DNA from: Spirochaetia bacterium | GTDB taxonomy: Bacteria > Spirochaetota > Spirochaetia > SP-2023 | DNA length: 64,000 nt | Direction: 5' to 3' | Assembly (NCBI GenBank): GCA_965263295.1 | Contig: OZ253665.1 | Span: forward strand, 160,001-224,000 | Part shown: piece by piece, positions 38,804 to 47,962 of the stretch | How the letters are laid out: each line of letters starts with the position of its first letter | How positions within the stretch are numbered: the first letter of the stretch is position 1 | Translations under genes and position numbers: made by a program | Notes under the pieces: generated by a model | What the model saw: only the letters and a program-made list of their open reading frames with translations | Database searches by the model: none | Told to the model about the DNA's origin: nothing

Positions 38804-40585
38804 TTATTTCTGTCTCAGGATTGGAATGGACAGTAGGCGGCAGAGCGCGAAAAAAGAGCCCAGCAGTAGCAGGCCGTGGGCAGCTAGGATGCCAAAGTTG
38901 CGCAGCGAACCGCCACTGTGCCACCACCAGACTGGGCGGTCTGGGCCGTTGGACGGGACTTGATTGGACAGCCTGAGACTGGACCACATCTCGGTGAAAT
39001 AAGCTGGCGCTGCCGGGGCAGGACTGAACGCCCCCAAGAAAAATTGTTCGCTGAAGCGTAACGCAGTGTCGAGAAAAAATAGCATTGTACAAATGAACAG
39101 TAGTTTAGGCAGGAGGTGACGGATAAAGCATGCCCAGCGTGTCCAGCTGAGCAGGGCGCGGCTGTGCCGCGCGGTGACAATGTAAGCATAGATCGTGACT
39201 GGCAGGTAGCTGAGAGTATTCGCGACCGGCAGGGCAATGACTCCCAGGTTCCAGCTTTTTATTAGATAAAAGGACAACGGAATATCAATTAAAGCTACGA
39301 GTAGTGTCTGCAGTAGCGGCTGATTTTTATGGGATTGAGCATAAAGATATTGTTGCAGGAGGCGGAAGATGGCAATGGGCAGGGAGCCGAGAGCGTAATA
39401 ACGTAGCACCTCAGCGGTCAGCCGGCTGTTTTCCAGAGTGAAAGCTCCGCGCTGGAAGGCCACGGCAACCAGTGCTTCGCTCATACAGATCAATACCAGG
39501 GTCGCGGGCAGTAGCAGGATGCAGAGCTGTTTCAAACCGTAGCGCAGGACCTGGCCGGCTTTGTCGTCTTTGCTCGCAGACTCTTGGCTCATCTGCGGCA
39601 GGCAGACTTTAGCGATGGAAGCATAGATAAGTCCCTGGGGCAGCTGAAAAAAAATCAGGGCATTGGTCAAGGCAGAAACGCTCCCGCTTTGCGCTTGCGA
39701 AGCCAGATAATTGGCAATGAATTGCATCAAGGCCAGGATGCTGGTACTAAACCATAGCGGCAACCAGATTCTTCGGATGCGGCGAATGGCCGGGTCGCGC
39801 AGGCGAAAGTCTGGCAATAGAGAATAACCGCCGTTTAGTACCGGAGGGAGGAGGAAGGCCAGTTGCAGGATGATGCCTCCGAGCATGCCCAGAACCACTG
39901 CAAAACTGGCGTAGTGACTTTGCAGGGTTACGGTGACGGCAATTACGGCCACGGATGAAAGCTGGGGCGTAAATGAACTCAAAGTGAAGCGTTGCTGACT
40001 GGAAAGCAGCGCGCCGAGCAATACACTTTGGCTCAAGAGGAACACGTAAGGGCTGACGTAGTACAACATTTGGGCCGCGAGCTGGCTCTGTGCCGCGCGG
40101 GGAAAATCGCTTAGTATCGCGATAATCTGCCGCGGAAAGATCACGAGCGTGAGGCAGAGTGGAAATATGATGCACCATTGAATCGCCAAGAGCTTGCGCC
40201 AAATCGCTTTGGGCCGCTTTAGGCTGGGGTCATTTGCGCGACTGCGCACCAGCTCTGGAACCAGGGCCGTTTCTAGCGAACCTTCTGCGGCCAAGCGGCG
40301 CAGCAGCATGGGGACGGCCTGGATGAAGTTTAGGACGTCGGCTTTTTCGCCGGCGCCGAAGTAAAAGGCTATGACAGCGTTGCGCAAAAAGCCGAAAACG
40401 CGCGAACTGAAAGTGCCCAGCATGACTTGCAAAATCGAACGGCTGCGGCTGAACCCTTTTGTAGTCGGGGTCTCGCGCGCTTTGCATGTGCGGGGGGGGA
40501 GAGGGTCTTTTAAAGGATATTTGGGAGGGGCTTGAGAAGGGGCCGCGGAATTTCTGGAGGCGGAACGAGGGATTTGAAAACTCAT
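38804..40585 (-). CDS. murJ: Lipid II flippase MurJ/MviN
   Basis: SRVFGFLR, RRLAAEGSL, QLPQGL, LPQMS, FQRGAFT; start uncertain because of a low-complexity N-terminal extension. Confidence 0.9.
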   Translation of the reverse strand: MSFQIPRSASRNSAAPSQAPPKYPLKDPLPPRTCKARETPTTKGFSRSRSILQVMLGTFSSRVFGFLRNAVIAFYFGAGEKADVLNFIQAVPMLLRRLAAEGSLETALVPELVRSRANDPSLKRPKAIWRKLLAIQWCIIFPLCLTLVIFPRQIIAILSDFPRAAQSQLAAQMLYYVSPYVFLLSQSVLLGALLSSQQRFTLSSFTPQLSSVAVIAVTVTLQSHYASFAVVLGMLGGIILQLAFLLPPVLNGGYSLLPDFRLRDPAIRRIRRIWLPLWFSTSILALMQFIANYLASQAQSGSVSALTNALIFFQLPQGLIYASIAKVCLPQMSQESASKDDKAGQVLRYGLKQLCILLLPATLVLICMSEALVAVAFQRGAFTLENSRLTAEVLRYYALGSLPIAIFRLLQQYLYAQSHKNQPLLQTLLVALIDIPLSFYLIKSWNLGVIALPVANTLSYLPVTIYAYIVTARHSRALLSWTRWACFIRHLLPKLLFICTMLFFLDTALRFSEQFFLGAFSPAPAAPAYFTEMWSSLRLSNQVPSNGPDRPVWWWHSGGSLRNFGILAAHGLLLLGSFFALCRLLSIPILRQK

Positions 40586-40744
40586 GTGTCTGAAAACGTC
40601 TTAAAATACCTTAAAATGTCTTGGTTGTAGGGAAAATTTCGTCTTTAGGCAAGTAGCGATGGCTTGAAAAAAGAGTGAAAACGGGTAAAGTGATCAGTTA
40701 TTTGCGCATGCAGAGCGAATGTAAAAATATTCAGATTTAAGGAA

Positions 40745-42670
40745 GTGAGAATTGTGCGGAAGTTCAGATATGGAAGTGGCCTAATATTTATTTTGTTTTT
40801 GTTGACTCTGGCAAGGCTGCCGGCTCAGAACACCCAAAGTGCTCCAAGTGCTCCAAGTGCCCAAAGTAATTTGGGTAATTTGGGTAATTTGGGTAATTTG
40901 GGTAATTTGGGCGTGGACGTCGACGATCCGGTTTACCAACTCTTGGATTCAGCTTCGATGAAAGGTTATATTACGGACTTGTCGCACTACCGCCCCTACA
41001 GCGGCCATCAGGTCTATGCTTATCTGGAGCAGATTAGTCGCTCTCCCCGGCTGGATGCCGCCGAGCGCAAAGTTATCGAACGAGAGTTGAAGCGCTTCCG
41101 CCGCATTCTGACACTGGCAGAGCCGGACAAAAAGTTTATTGATTTTTTGCAAGACGCCGCGGTGCCGCTTTCCCTTGATGAAAACCTGCCCCTGGCCCTG
41201 CGTCTGGAGTTTGACCTGAAGAATCGTATTGATTTTATCACGCAGGATCCATATTTGTTCAATGTCATGCGCATGTACCTTGAAGGTAATATTACGCCGC
41301 ATTTCTCGTATCAGGCCATGGCGGGGACCGGCATCACCCAGATAAAAACCTCGTCTTTTGCGCCCTATGAATACATCATGGAAACCGATGGGCATGCCAT
41401 TTCGTCGGGCAACATTCAGGCGGGAGAAGTATCTTTTGAAGGTGAGGAGCCGTCATTGGCCCTGCAGGTGGGCGGCAAGCTGGCCGCGTCGTTTTTTGAC
41501 GATCGGGTGCGCAGCGGTTTTGGCTATATGAAGCGCAATATGGGCATTGCGAACACCAGTCTGATTTATTCGGGGCATGCCAGTCCGCTGCTGGGCTGGG
41601 ACTTGTCCATACGGCCTTTCAAATGGGCGGGGCTGAACTTTATGGTCGGCGGCCTGACGGGCGTCGATGAGGATATTTCGACCGCAAAGTCCATGTTTAC
41701 GGCACAGCAGTTCGAATTTTTTATCACGCAGTATTTGTATGTCGGCGTGACCATGGGCTCGGTGTGGATTAAGCGCCTAGAGCCCTATTACATGATGCCG
41801 TTTATGCCGGTCGCCTTCGGTCAGTCCTTGCTGGGAGACTATGATAATTTGGCCATTCAGGGCACGGTAGCCCTCAAACTGCCGTATTTGACGCTCTATG
41901 GCGTCGGTTTCATGGATGAGGTGCAGCCTGCGGATGTCGCGAATCTGTTTTCCAGTCTGACCCAGCAGTTTGCCTTTCAGTTCGGTGCCCAGGTTTTGAT
42001 TCCCCGGCTGCCGTTCACCACATTTCAGTTCCAGTACACCAAGATTGAGCCCTATGCGTACACGCATTATGCGCAGAAAGCTTTTCAGGGATCGAGAAGG
42101 GGCTACGGCACGATCAATATTTCGTGGATGAACAATGGGGAAAACCTGGGCTACTACCTGCCGCCCAACTCGGATGAGTTTCTGTTCCAGATTGAAGGGC
42201 AGCCTTTGCCCGGCTGGCACTTTGCCCTGGGCTACAAGCACATCCGCCACGGCGACGGGGACCGCAGGCTTGGGCAGGTTGAGGGCCGCACGAATGCTGT
42301 GTTCGAGAATACCGTCGACAAGGTACAAATTGCCGATGAAGCAGCAAAGGATTCATTGAAGGATACCAAGACTGATGAAGGTAAACTGTACACGGGCATC
42401 TACGATCCTAAGTCTTATTTTGCCCGAAATAAAACACAGAGTGATGGTAAACGCCCGCCCAAGGATTTTCTCCACGATGGCGTGTATGAGTTTATCCATG
42501 TGGTGACGCTGGATTTGGCGTATCGCTTCCGCCGAATTCCGCTGCAGGCCGTTGCCCATTTTATGTTCTCGCACAACGATGGCCCTGTGCATAACGGATT
42601 TAAGGACGACGCGGAAATTCGCGTGGGTTTGGGCCTGGACCTACGTTTCTACGGCAAGTCTAGACGTTGA
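40745..42670 (+). CDS. Secreted/outer-membrane beta-rich protein, capsule-assembly Wzi-like
   Basis: Signal peptide; DDPVYQLL...RPYS N-terminal pattern; QYTKIEPYAYTH, LGYYLPPNSDE; amphipathic beta strands. Confidence 0.6.
   Translation: MRIVRKFRYGSGLIFILFLLTLARLPAQNTQSAPSAPSAQSNLGNLGNLGNLGNLGVDVDDPVYQLLDSASMKGYITDLSHYRPYSGHQVYAYLEQISRSPRLDAAERKVIERELKRFRRILTLAEPDKKFIDFLQDAAVPLSLDENLPLALRLEFDLKNRIDFITQDPYLFNVMRMYLEGNITPHFSYQAMAGTGITQIKTSSFAPYEYIMETDGHAISSGNIQAGEVSFEGEEPSLALQVGGKLAASFFDDRVRSGFGYMKRNMGIANTSLIYSGHASPLLGWDLSIRPFKWAGLNFMVGGLTGVDEDISTAKSMFTAQQFEFFITQYLYVGVTMGSVWIKRLEPYYMMPFMPVAFGQSLLGDYDNLAIQGTVALKLPYLTLYGVGFMDEVQPADVANLFSSLTQQFAFQFGAQVLIPRLPFTTFQFQYTKIEPYAYTHYAQKAFQGSRRGYGTINISWMNNGENLGYYLPPNSDEFLFQIEGQPLPGWHFALGYKHIRHGDGDRRLGQVEGRTNAVFENTVDKVQIADEAAKDSLKDTKTDEGKLYTGIYDPKSYFARNKTQSDGKRPPKDFLHDGVYEFIHVVTLDLAYRFRRIPLQAVAHFMFSHNDGPVHNGFKDDAEIRVGLGLDLRFYGKSRR
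40866..40910 (+). repeat. Perfect 9-bp tandem repeat (GTAATTTGG)x5 encoding (NLG)5
   Basis: Direct reading; preceded by an AAGTGCTCC 9-bp repeat (SAPSAPSA). Confidence 0.95.
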
Positions 42671-42741
42671 CTGGGTGTTTTCGCTAGTCTCTGAGCTTGT
42701 GCAGGACTCTGCTGAACTTAGCATTCTGAAACGAATAGGGG

Positions 42742-43467
42742 TTGATTATGATACGATGGCTCAATGTTAGGCAGCCAGAACCCGAACGTTACTTTAAGTC
42801 GGACTTCTTGGAACGTTTTACCTTTTTCCGCCTGAGCACGGTTTGGATGATTTGGTTGCCGATCATTTTGCTCTCGTTGTTTGGCAGCTTTTATAGCGCC
42901 GGCAAAATTTCTACTGAGGCTGCAGGCGGGCACTTTTTTTTGCTGGTTTTGGGCGTCCTGTTCTGGCTTGCACTGGGGGTACTGCGTTGGACATTGATGG
43001 AATACTTTTTGCACCGTTTCCCCTTCCATTACGACGGGGGCAGCGAATTTTGGCGCAAGATATCATGGTACATACATGGCATTCATCACAAGCAAGCTAT
43101 GTTGAGTACGCGCCTGGTCATGCCGCCGCCTTTCAGTCTGAGTGTGGGCGTGCTCGTCGCTCTGCTCGACTGGTCGCTGATGGGTTTGATCTTTAAACTC
43201 AGCTGGGCTGGCCTCGCTCTGTATGCGGGGACAGCGCTCGGCTATCTCGTTTACGATACGCTGCACTGGAGCATGCACTTTATCGATACGGATTGGCCTT
43301 GGTATCGTAAGTTACGCAGTCATCATATGCGTCATCATCGTTTTCCGCAAAAGCGTTTTGGCGTTTCCAACACACTTTGGGACCATGTATTTCGGACTTA
43401 TCCCCAAACTCAGCAAGAAGAATCTAGACAAGAGGAATCTAAGCAAGAGGAACCGCCGGGAGCTTAA
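42742..43467 (+). CDS. Fatty acid hydroxylase / sterol desaturase family (FA2H/Scs7-like)
   Basis: His boxes EYFLHRFPFH, HGIHH, YDTLHWSMH, HHMRHH; RLVMPP; FGVSNTLWDHVFRT. Confidence 0.9.
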   Translation: MIMIRWLNVRQPEPERYFKSDFLERFTFFRLSTVWMIWLPIILLSLFGSFYSAGKISTEAAGGHFFLLVLGVLFWLALGVLRWTLMEYFLHRFPFHYDGGSEFWRKISWYIHGIHHKQAMLSTRLVMPPPFSLSVGVLVALLDWSLMGLIFKLSWAGLALYAGTALGYLVYDTLHWSMHFIDTDWPWYRKLRSHHMRHHRFPQKRFGVSNTLWDHVFRTYPQTQQEESRQEESKQEEPPGA

Positions 43468-43748
43468 AAAACTTTTAACGCAGTATCGGCGAGTACGAGC
43501 TTCCCGTATGTGGATTGAGAAGTAGGGTTTTCCGCGATCCGGCAATTAGAAATTCAGGTGGGGGGCTTGGCCAATCTGTAACAGAGGGTAAATTTCTGTT
43601 ATATAAAATTATTTCAATTGCCAGTAGCTAGATTGTGGGTTGAGCGGCTGGCAATGACTCTGCCACAAATGCCAATTTGATTTTGAGTGTGGCGTGCGGA
43701 TTTACGGTTTCAGGAGCTGTAATGCTAGCGGGGATTGTTTGCTAATTA

Positions 43749-45419
43749 TTGGGGAATTATTTGGATATGGGGAACAATAGAAAAGTCTATTTTATTTTTA
43801 CCTCGCTCTTGGCTGCTTTGTCTATTGTTCAATCTCCCAAAGGCCGTTTGTCTATTTTGAGGGCTCAGGAAAAAAAAACTCAAAGCGTAGATATGGCTCA
43901 ATCGTTGGAGTTGCAGCTAAACTCCCGGTTCTGGCAGTTGCTAAGTCGGGAAGAATTGGAACCTCTGTCTGAGCTGAGGCGCGAGGGGAATAGTGTCCGG
44001 CGGGTTGTGTCGCTAGAGTTTTTGTACCCTGGACTACAGACCGTCGACAGTGTCGATTCACGTAATCGTCAAGGTGAACTGTTGGAAGTGGAACTGCAGT
44101 CTCTGGAAGACAGTTACCTGGAACTGGCACGTGATGGCGCTTTAGTGTTAGTCCTGGCGGGGGAATTGCAGCGGGACCCTGAGCAGTTGAATGTGTATGG
44201 CGATCCCTGGCCTGAGGCCACATTGCGGCTATGGCTGGAAGATGATTTTGAGCCGCCCTTTTTACTTGCTGAATTGGAAAATTATCAGCGTTTTAGCGCT
44301 GTGCAGATTGAAGTACAGGTTTTCAAAGATCTGCGGCAAACTGTTAGTCAAGTGCTTCACAGGAGTAAAGACCCTAGAAAAGTTTTGCCGGATATGATTC
44401 TCGCAGATGGGCAGACAATTGTAGACTTGCGCCATCTATTTGCGGACTTGACGACAAAGGAAAGAAGAGAAGAGGCTTCTTTGGCTTGTCTGGACTTGTT
44501 TTTCAGTAATAATCAGTTTTATGCTTCCCCTCTGGCCCTCGCGCGTTATAGCTTGATGTATAATCCTGAACTACTGGGTGCAGATTCCCTAGATGGGAAT
44601 GGAAGCCAGGTCAAACTTTCCGAATTGTTTAGGCGCTTGGACTTTTTGAGTCAAGGGCGGGAGCCTGGCGCGTATAATCCATATTTTCTGGCTTTTGGTG
44701 ATGATAGCATGCCTTTTGTCTTGCTTTTGTATTCGTTCCTGAAGTCCGGTGATATTTCTGATTCGGCGCCTGACGCTGCCGGACTGCGCGCCGGGCTGCG
44801 ATATCTGCGAAAACAGGGGCGCGAGGGCTTGCTGCGGCAGCTCGATTTTGCCGAAGAGCGCTTTGCCAAGGGTGATATTGCGGTTGTGATTGGACTTTCA
44901 AGCCACCTGCAGCATATTGTGAAGCTGACTAATTCGCGACTAAAGGGCAAATCCCGTATCCAGGCTGCTGAGCTACCTTACAATGATCTGCAAGATAATG
45001 ATACCCCCAGTTATGCGCGGGTTTGGAGTCTGGCTGTTTTGCGCAGTTCGTCGCAGCAGCCCCATGCCATGGGGCTGCGTCGCTATTTGTTGCGTGGTGC
45101 TGTCCAGAGCCAGTTTGACCTGGCATCTGGCATATTGCCGACCAATACTTTGTATTATCCGTTTTACCAGCGCAGCGATTATTACGAACTACTACCTGAG
45201 GCGGAACTGCGCGACATTATGAATCCCGGGGAACTTGGTGAGTTTGGGGCCAAACGTCGTCGCATGTATCGGGATATTGAAGGTTTGCAGCGCTGGTTCA
45301 ACGACAGAATTGAGGTGCTACTGGATAGTGAAATTAGCTTGTCGCAGCTTCTTGCAGATCTACGGCGGCAGTGGCAAAATGAAGTGTTACCTCGTCAAGA
45401 ATTTGTATTTCTGCGCTGA
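43749..45419 (+). CDS. Extracellular solute-binding protein (sugar family 1-like) with extra N-terminal region
   Basis: N-terminal hydrophobic segment; LRLW...LPDMILAD...FYASPL...LMYNPELL...FAKGDIAVVI pattern; start may be ATG 43767. Confidence 0.6.
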   Translation: MGNYLDMGNNRKVYFIFTSLLAALSIVQSPKGRLSILRAQEKKTQSVDMAQSLELQLNSRFWQLLSREELEPLSELRREGNSVRRVVSLEFLYPGLQTVDSVDSRNRQGELLEVELQSLEDSYLELARDGALVLVLAGELQRDPEQLNVYGDPWPEATLRLWLEDDFEPPFLLAELENYQRFSAVQIEVQVFKDLRQTVSQVLHRSKDPRKVLPDMILADGQTIVDLRHLFADLTTKERREEASLACLDLFFSNNQFYASPLALARYSLMYNPELLGADSLDGNGSQVKLSELFRRLDFLSQGREPGAYNPYFLAFGDDSMPFVLLLYSFLKSGDISDSAPDAAGLRAGLRYLRKQGREGLLRQLDFAEERFAKGDIAVVIGLSSHLQHIVKLTNSRLKGKSRIQAAELPYNDLQDNDTPSYARVWSLAVLRSSSQQPHAMGLRRYLLRGAVQSQFDLASGILPTNTLYYPFYQRSDYYELLPEAELRDIMNPGELGEFGAKRRRMYRDIEGLQRWFNDRIEVLLDSEISLSQLLADLRRQWQNEVLPRQEFVFLR

Positions 45420-45433
45420 AGTGGTGGCCAATT

Positions 45434-47368
45434 GTGAAGAAATCAAAACAGAAAGATGATGTAGGGCTAAAACAAGCCCGAAGAGCAGGTAAAGCCGGGG
45501 CCCAGCAAATAAAAGAAGTACAAGAATTTGTTCCCTTTCGTTTCAAGGAGTTTGCGGGGATTAAGCCGCAACGGTATATCGCCACACTCTACGTTTTGAT
45601 CGTGCTGCTCATGATTTACTTTCTGTTTCTGGATAAGGGTTTGCGTGCGCCGCAAGTGCAGTTACAATTTTATAATCTCAGCGGTCCGGCCAGTCTATAT
45701 GTCGATGGCCAGTTTTATCACAACTTGACGTTTTCGCCAGGTTATTTTGACTCGGTTAATAGCCATATATTATTGCCAGTGACCAATCAGGCCGCTGTTC
45801 GGGAACTGCGGGTTGTGCAGTCCGGTATGGAAGATTGGGTAGAACAGCCGACCTTGAGAGCGAATATTTGGAATAATCGTTGGCGACCTCGCCGCTACAA
45901 TTTTGAATTGCAGTTGAAGCAAGCGCCTAGTTTTGCACCTGCACACCTCTGGCAAGAGGCTTGGCGGGCGTATTTGTATCGCGGTCTGGAAGGGCAGAAG
46001 AAAATGTCTTTTGATGCTTCGCACCCCTATCCCTGGGTTCTTTCCGAAGGCCTAAGGGCCGCTCTTTACAGCCGGACGGCCAACGATCAGTCCAGTTTTC
46101 CTCCCCACTGGTCGGCAGATTTACAGCGCGGCCTCGCGTCGACCACCAATGTTTATCAGTGGGGGGATTTGTTGAGTGCTAGTTGTTTGATCTATCAAAT
46201 GGATATTAGTGCAGATCGACAAGTGACAGATTCCGCGACCAGGGTCGAGATATTGGGACCGCGTTCTTTGGCTTTGTTGGCTCGGAGCGCAGTAAAACGT
46301 TTGTGGCGTTTAGAACCGGGCCTGCAGAGCTTGCGTGAATCCTGGAAGCAAAGGACGGAAGAAATAAAGGAACAGGGTTTGCGCCTGAGCGAAAGGGATA
46401 TAAAATTGCAGAGATTCTGGCAGCAAAACGAAGGAAATATATCAATAGAGTCTATAGAATATAGATTTAAAGATAGTTATGCCACAGACTTATTGGATCT
46501 AAGTGGTCTGCGTTTTGTTCGTTTGAATGGACAAGGTTTGGCGGTACAACAGACGGAACTTAGCAATGCTGAATTTGCCCAATTTTGGTTTAGTGCGGCA
46601 GGCCAAAATTGGCGCGATATTGCCAGTGGCAGGCCGGAGAGCGAGGACGAGTTATCCCGTGGAGGTATCAGCGCTTTGGTGCTATACGCGCAAGACCGGG
46701 ATAGTGGAACAGTTTGCCGGCCTTCGGGCTGGCAGGAATCTGATGGATTGGAAGATATCTTGCAAAATCCCTTGCTGCAGGGGCGACCTGTTCGTGGTAT
46801 TAATTGGTCAGAAGCAGAGGCTTATGTACGATGGAAGAATAAGCAGAATGACAATAATGCGGGATGGGAGTTTGCGTTGCCTAGCTTAGCTCAATTTCGC
46901 GCCATTGCTAAAGCACGATACCAGGCTGAAAGGGCAGGGCAAGAAACTTTTAGGAGAGCGGATACCGGTGTGAATTTTGTCGTTTCGCAAATGCCGCCGG
47001 CTTTTACAGAACAGACAGAGGATGCCTTGGGCCTGAAAGGGCTGGGCAATAGCTTGTGGGAATGGTTAAGAGTTGATTATTTGCCGCATCGCGTCGGTAC
47101 CTCGGCAAATGGCAATAGTGAACTGGGCTACAAGGCTCTGGGCGGAGGCAGCTGGCTCAATGCCATATCCATTGATGATAGCACGCGTGACCTGTGGGCG
47201 GATGAGTTTTTGATCCAGGATAATGAATTGCCTGTAGCCAGTAGTTATGGCACCGTAGCCGGGCAGTTCTCGGCGATTTGTAGTCCATATACCGGCGTAC
47301 GTTTGGTGGCTGTAAAACTTCCCGTGGATTTCCATGGATTGGGAAGGGAATTGGACGATGGCCGCTAA
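45434..47368 (+). CDS. Membrane-anchored FGE-sulfatase (SUMF1-like) domain protein
   Basis: TM helix; TELSNAEF, PVRGINWSEAEAY, GNSLWEW, GGGSWLN, YTGVRLV; overlaps smpB. Confidence 0.75.
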   Translation: MKKSKQKDDVGLKQARRAGKAGAQQIKEVQEFVPFRFKEFAGIKPQRYIATLYVLIVLLMIYFLFLDKGLRAPQVQLQFYNLSGPASLYVDGQFYHNLTFSPGYFDSVNSHILLPVTNQAAVRELRVVQSGMEDWVEQPTLRANIWNNRWRPRRYNFELQLKQAPSFAPAHLWQEAWRAYLYRGLEGQKKMSFDASHPYPWVLSEGLRAALYSRTANDQSSFPPHWSADLQRGLASTTNVYQWGDLLSASCLIYQMDISADRQVTDSATRVEILGPRSLALLARSAVKRLWRLEPGLQSLRESWKQRTEEIKEQGLRLSERDIKLQRFWQQNEGNISIESIEYRFKDSYATDLLDLSGLRFVRLNGQGLAVQQTELSNAEFAQFWFSAAGQNWRDIASGRPESEDELSRGGISALVLYAQDRDSGTVCRPSGWQESDGLEDILQNPLLQGRPVRGINWSEAEAYVRWKNKQNDNNAGWEFALPSLAQFRAIAKARYQAERAGQETFRRADTGVNFVVSQMPPAFTEQTEDALGLKGLGNSLWEWLRVDYLPHRVGTSANGNSELGYKALGGGSWLNAISIDDSTRDLWADEFLIQDNELPVASSYGTVAGQFSAICSPYTGVRLVAVKLPVDFHGLGRELDDGR

Positions 47369-47819
47369 AAAAAATCCCGGTATTATTGCTGATAACCGCA
47401 AGGCGCGCTTTGAATACAGTTTCGAAAGTGTCTTGGAGTGTGGTATAAAGCTTAAAGGTTCGGAAGTTAAGTCTTTACGAATAGGGCAAGTCGCTTTTAG
47501 GGATAGTTTTTGCAGCGTTGAAAACGGTGAGTTATGGTTACATAACCTGCACATTTCACCTTATAATTTCGCTTCGCATTTTAATCATCAGGCAGAACGC
47601 AAACGCAAACTGCTGGCCAATAAAAAGCAGATTATTCAGTTACATCGTCGCGTTAAGGAAAAAGGGTTCTCGATAATCCCCACCAAAATCTATTTTAAAG
47701 ATGCTTTGGTTAAGATTGAAGTCGCGCTGGCTAAGGGGAAAAAGCTTTATGATAAGCGCGAAATTATACGTAATCGAGATATACGGCGAGATGAAGGCCG
47801 CAAGCTGCGTATGAAATAA
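47358..47819 (+). CDS. smpB: SsrA-binding protein
   Basis: IADNRKARFEY, GIKLKGSEVKSLR, RKRKLL, KGKKLYDKR. Confidence 0.98.
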   Translation: MAAKKNPGIIADNRKARFEYSFESVLECGIKLKGSEVKSLRIGQVAFRDSFCSVENGELWLHNLHISPYNFASHFNHQAERKRKLLANKKQIIQLHRRVKEKGFSIIPTKIYFKDALVKIEVALAKGKKLYDKREIIRNRDIRRDEGRKLRMK

Positions 47820-47962
47820 TACTTGGATTCGCGGTATGCGAAGTAAATAATGCGGTTTAAGCCTTGAAGAGCAAAAATCACTCCCGCATAATGGGGCCAA
47901 ATGCCAGAGTAGCGATGGCTGGTAAATCGCGGGCCTAATCATTAGGCGAAATTAAGTCGGCT

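Noticed and set aside
40492..40499. G8 tract in the murJ 5' extension (and A9 tracts near 34813, 43870 and 53792) as phase-variation sites
   Set aside because: The tracts are short, the genes are intact, and MurJ is normally essential.
47820..47962. tmRNA next to smpB
   Set aside because: The gap is too short and lacks tRNA-like ends.
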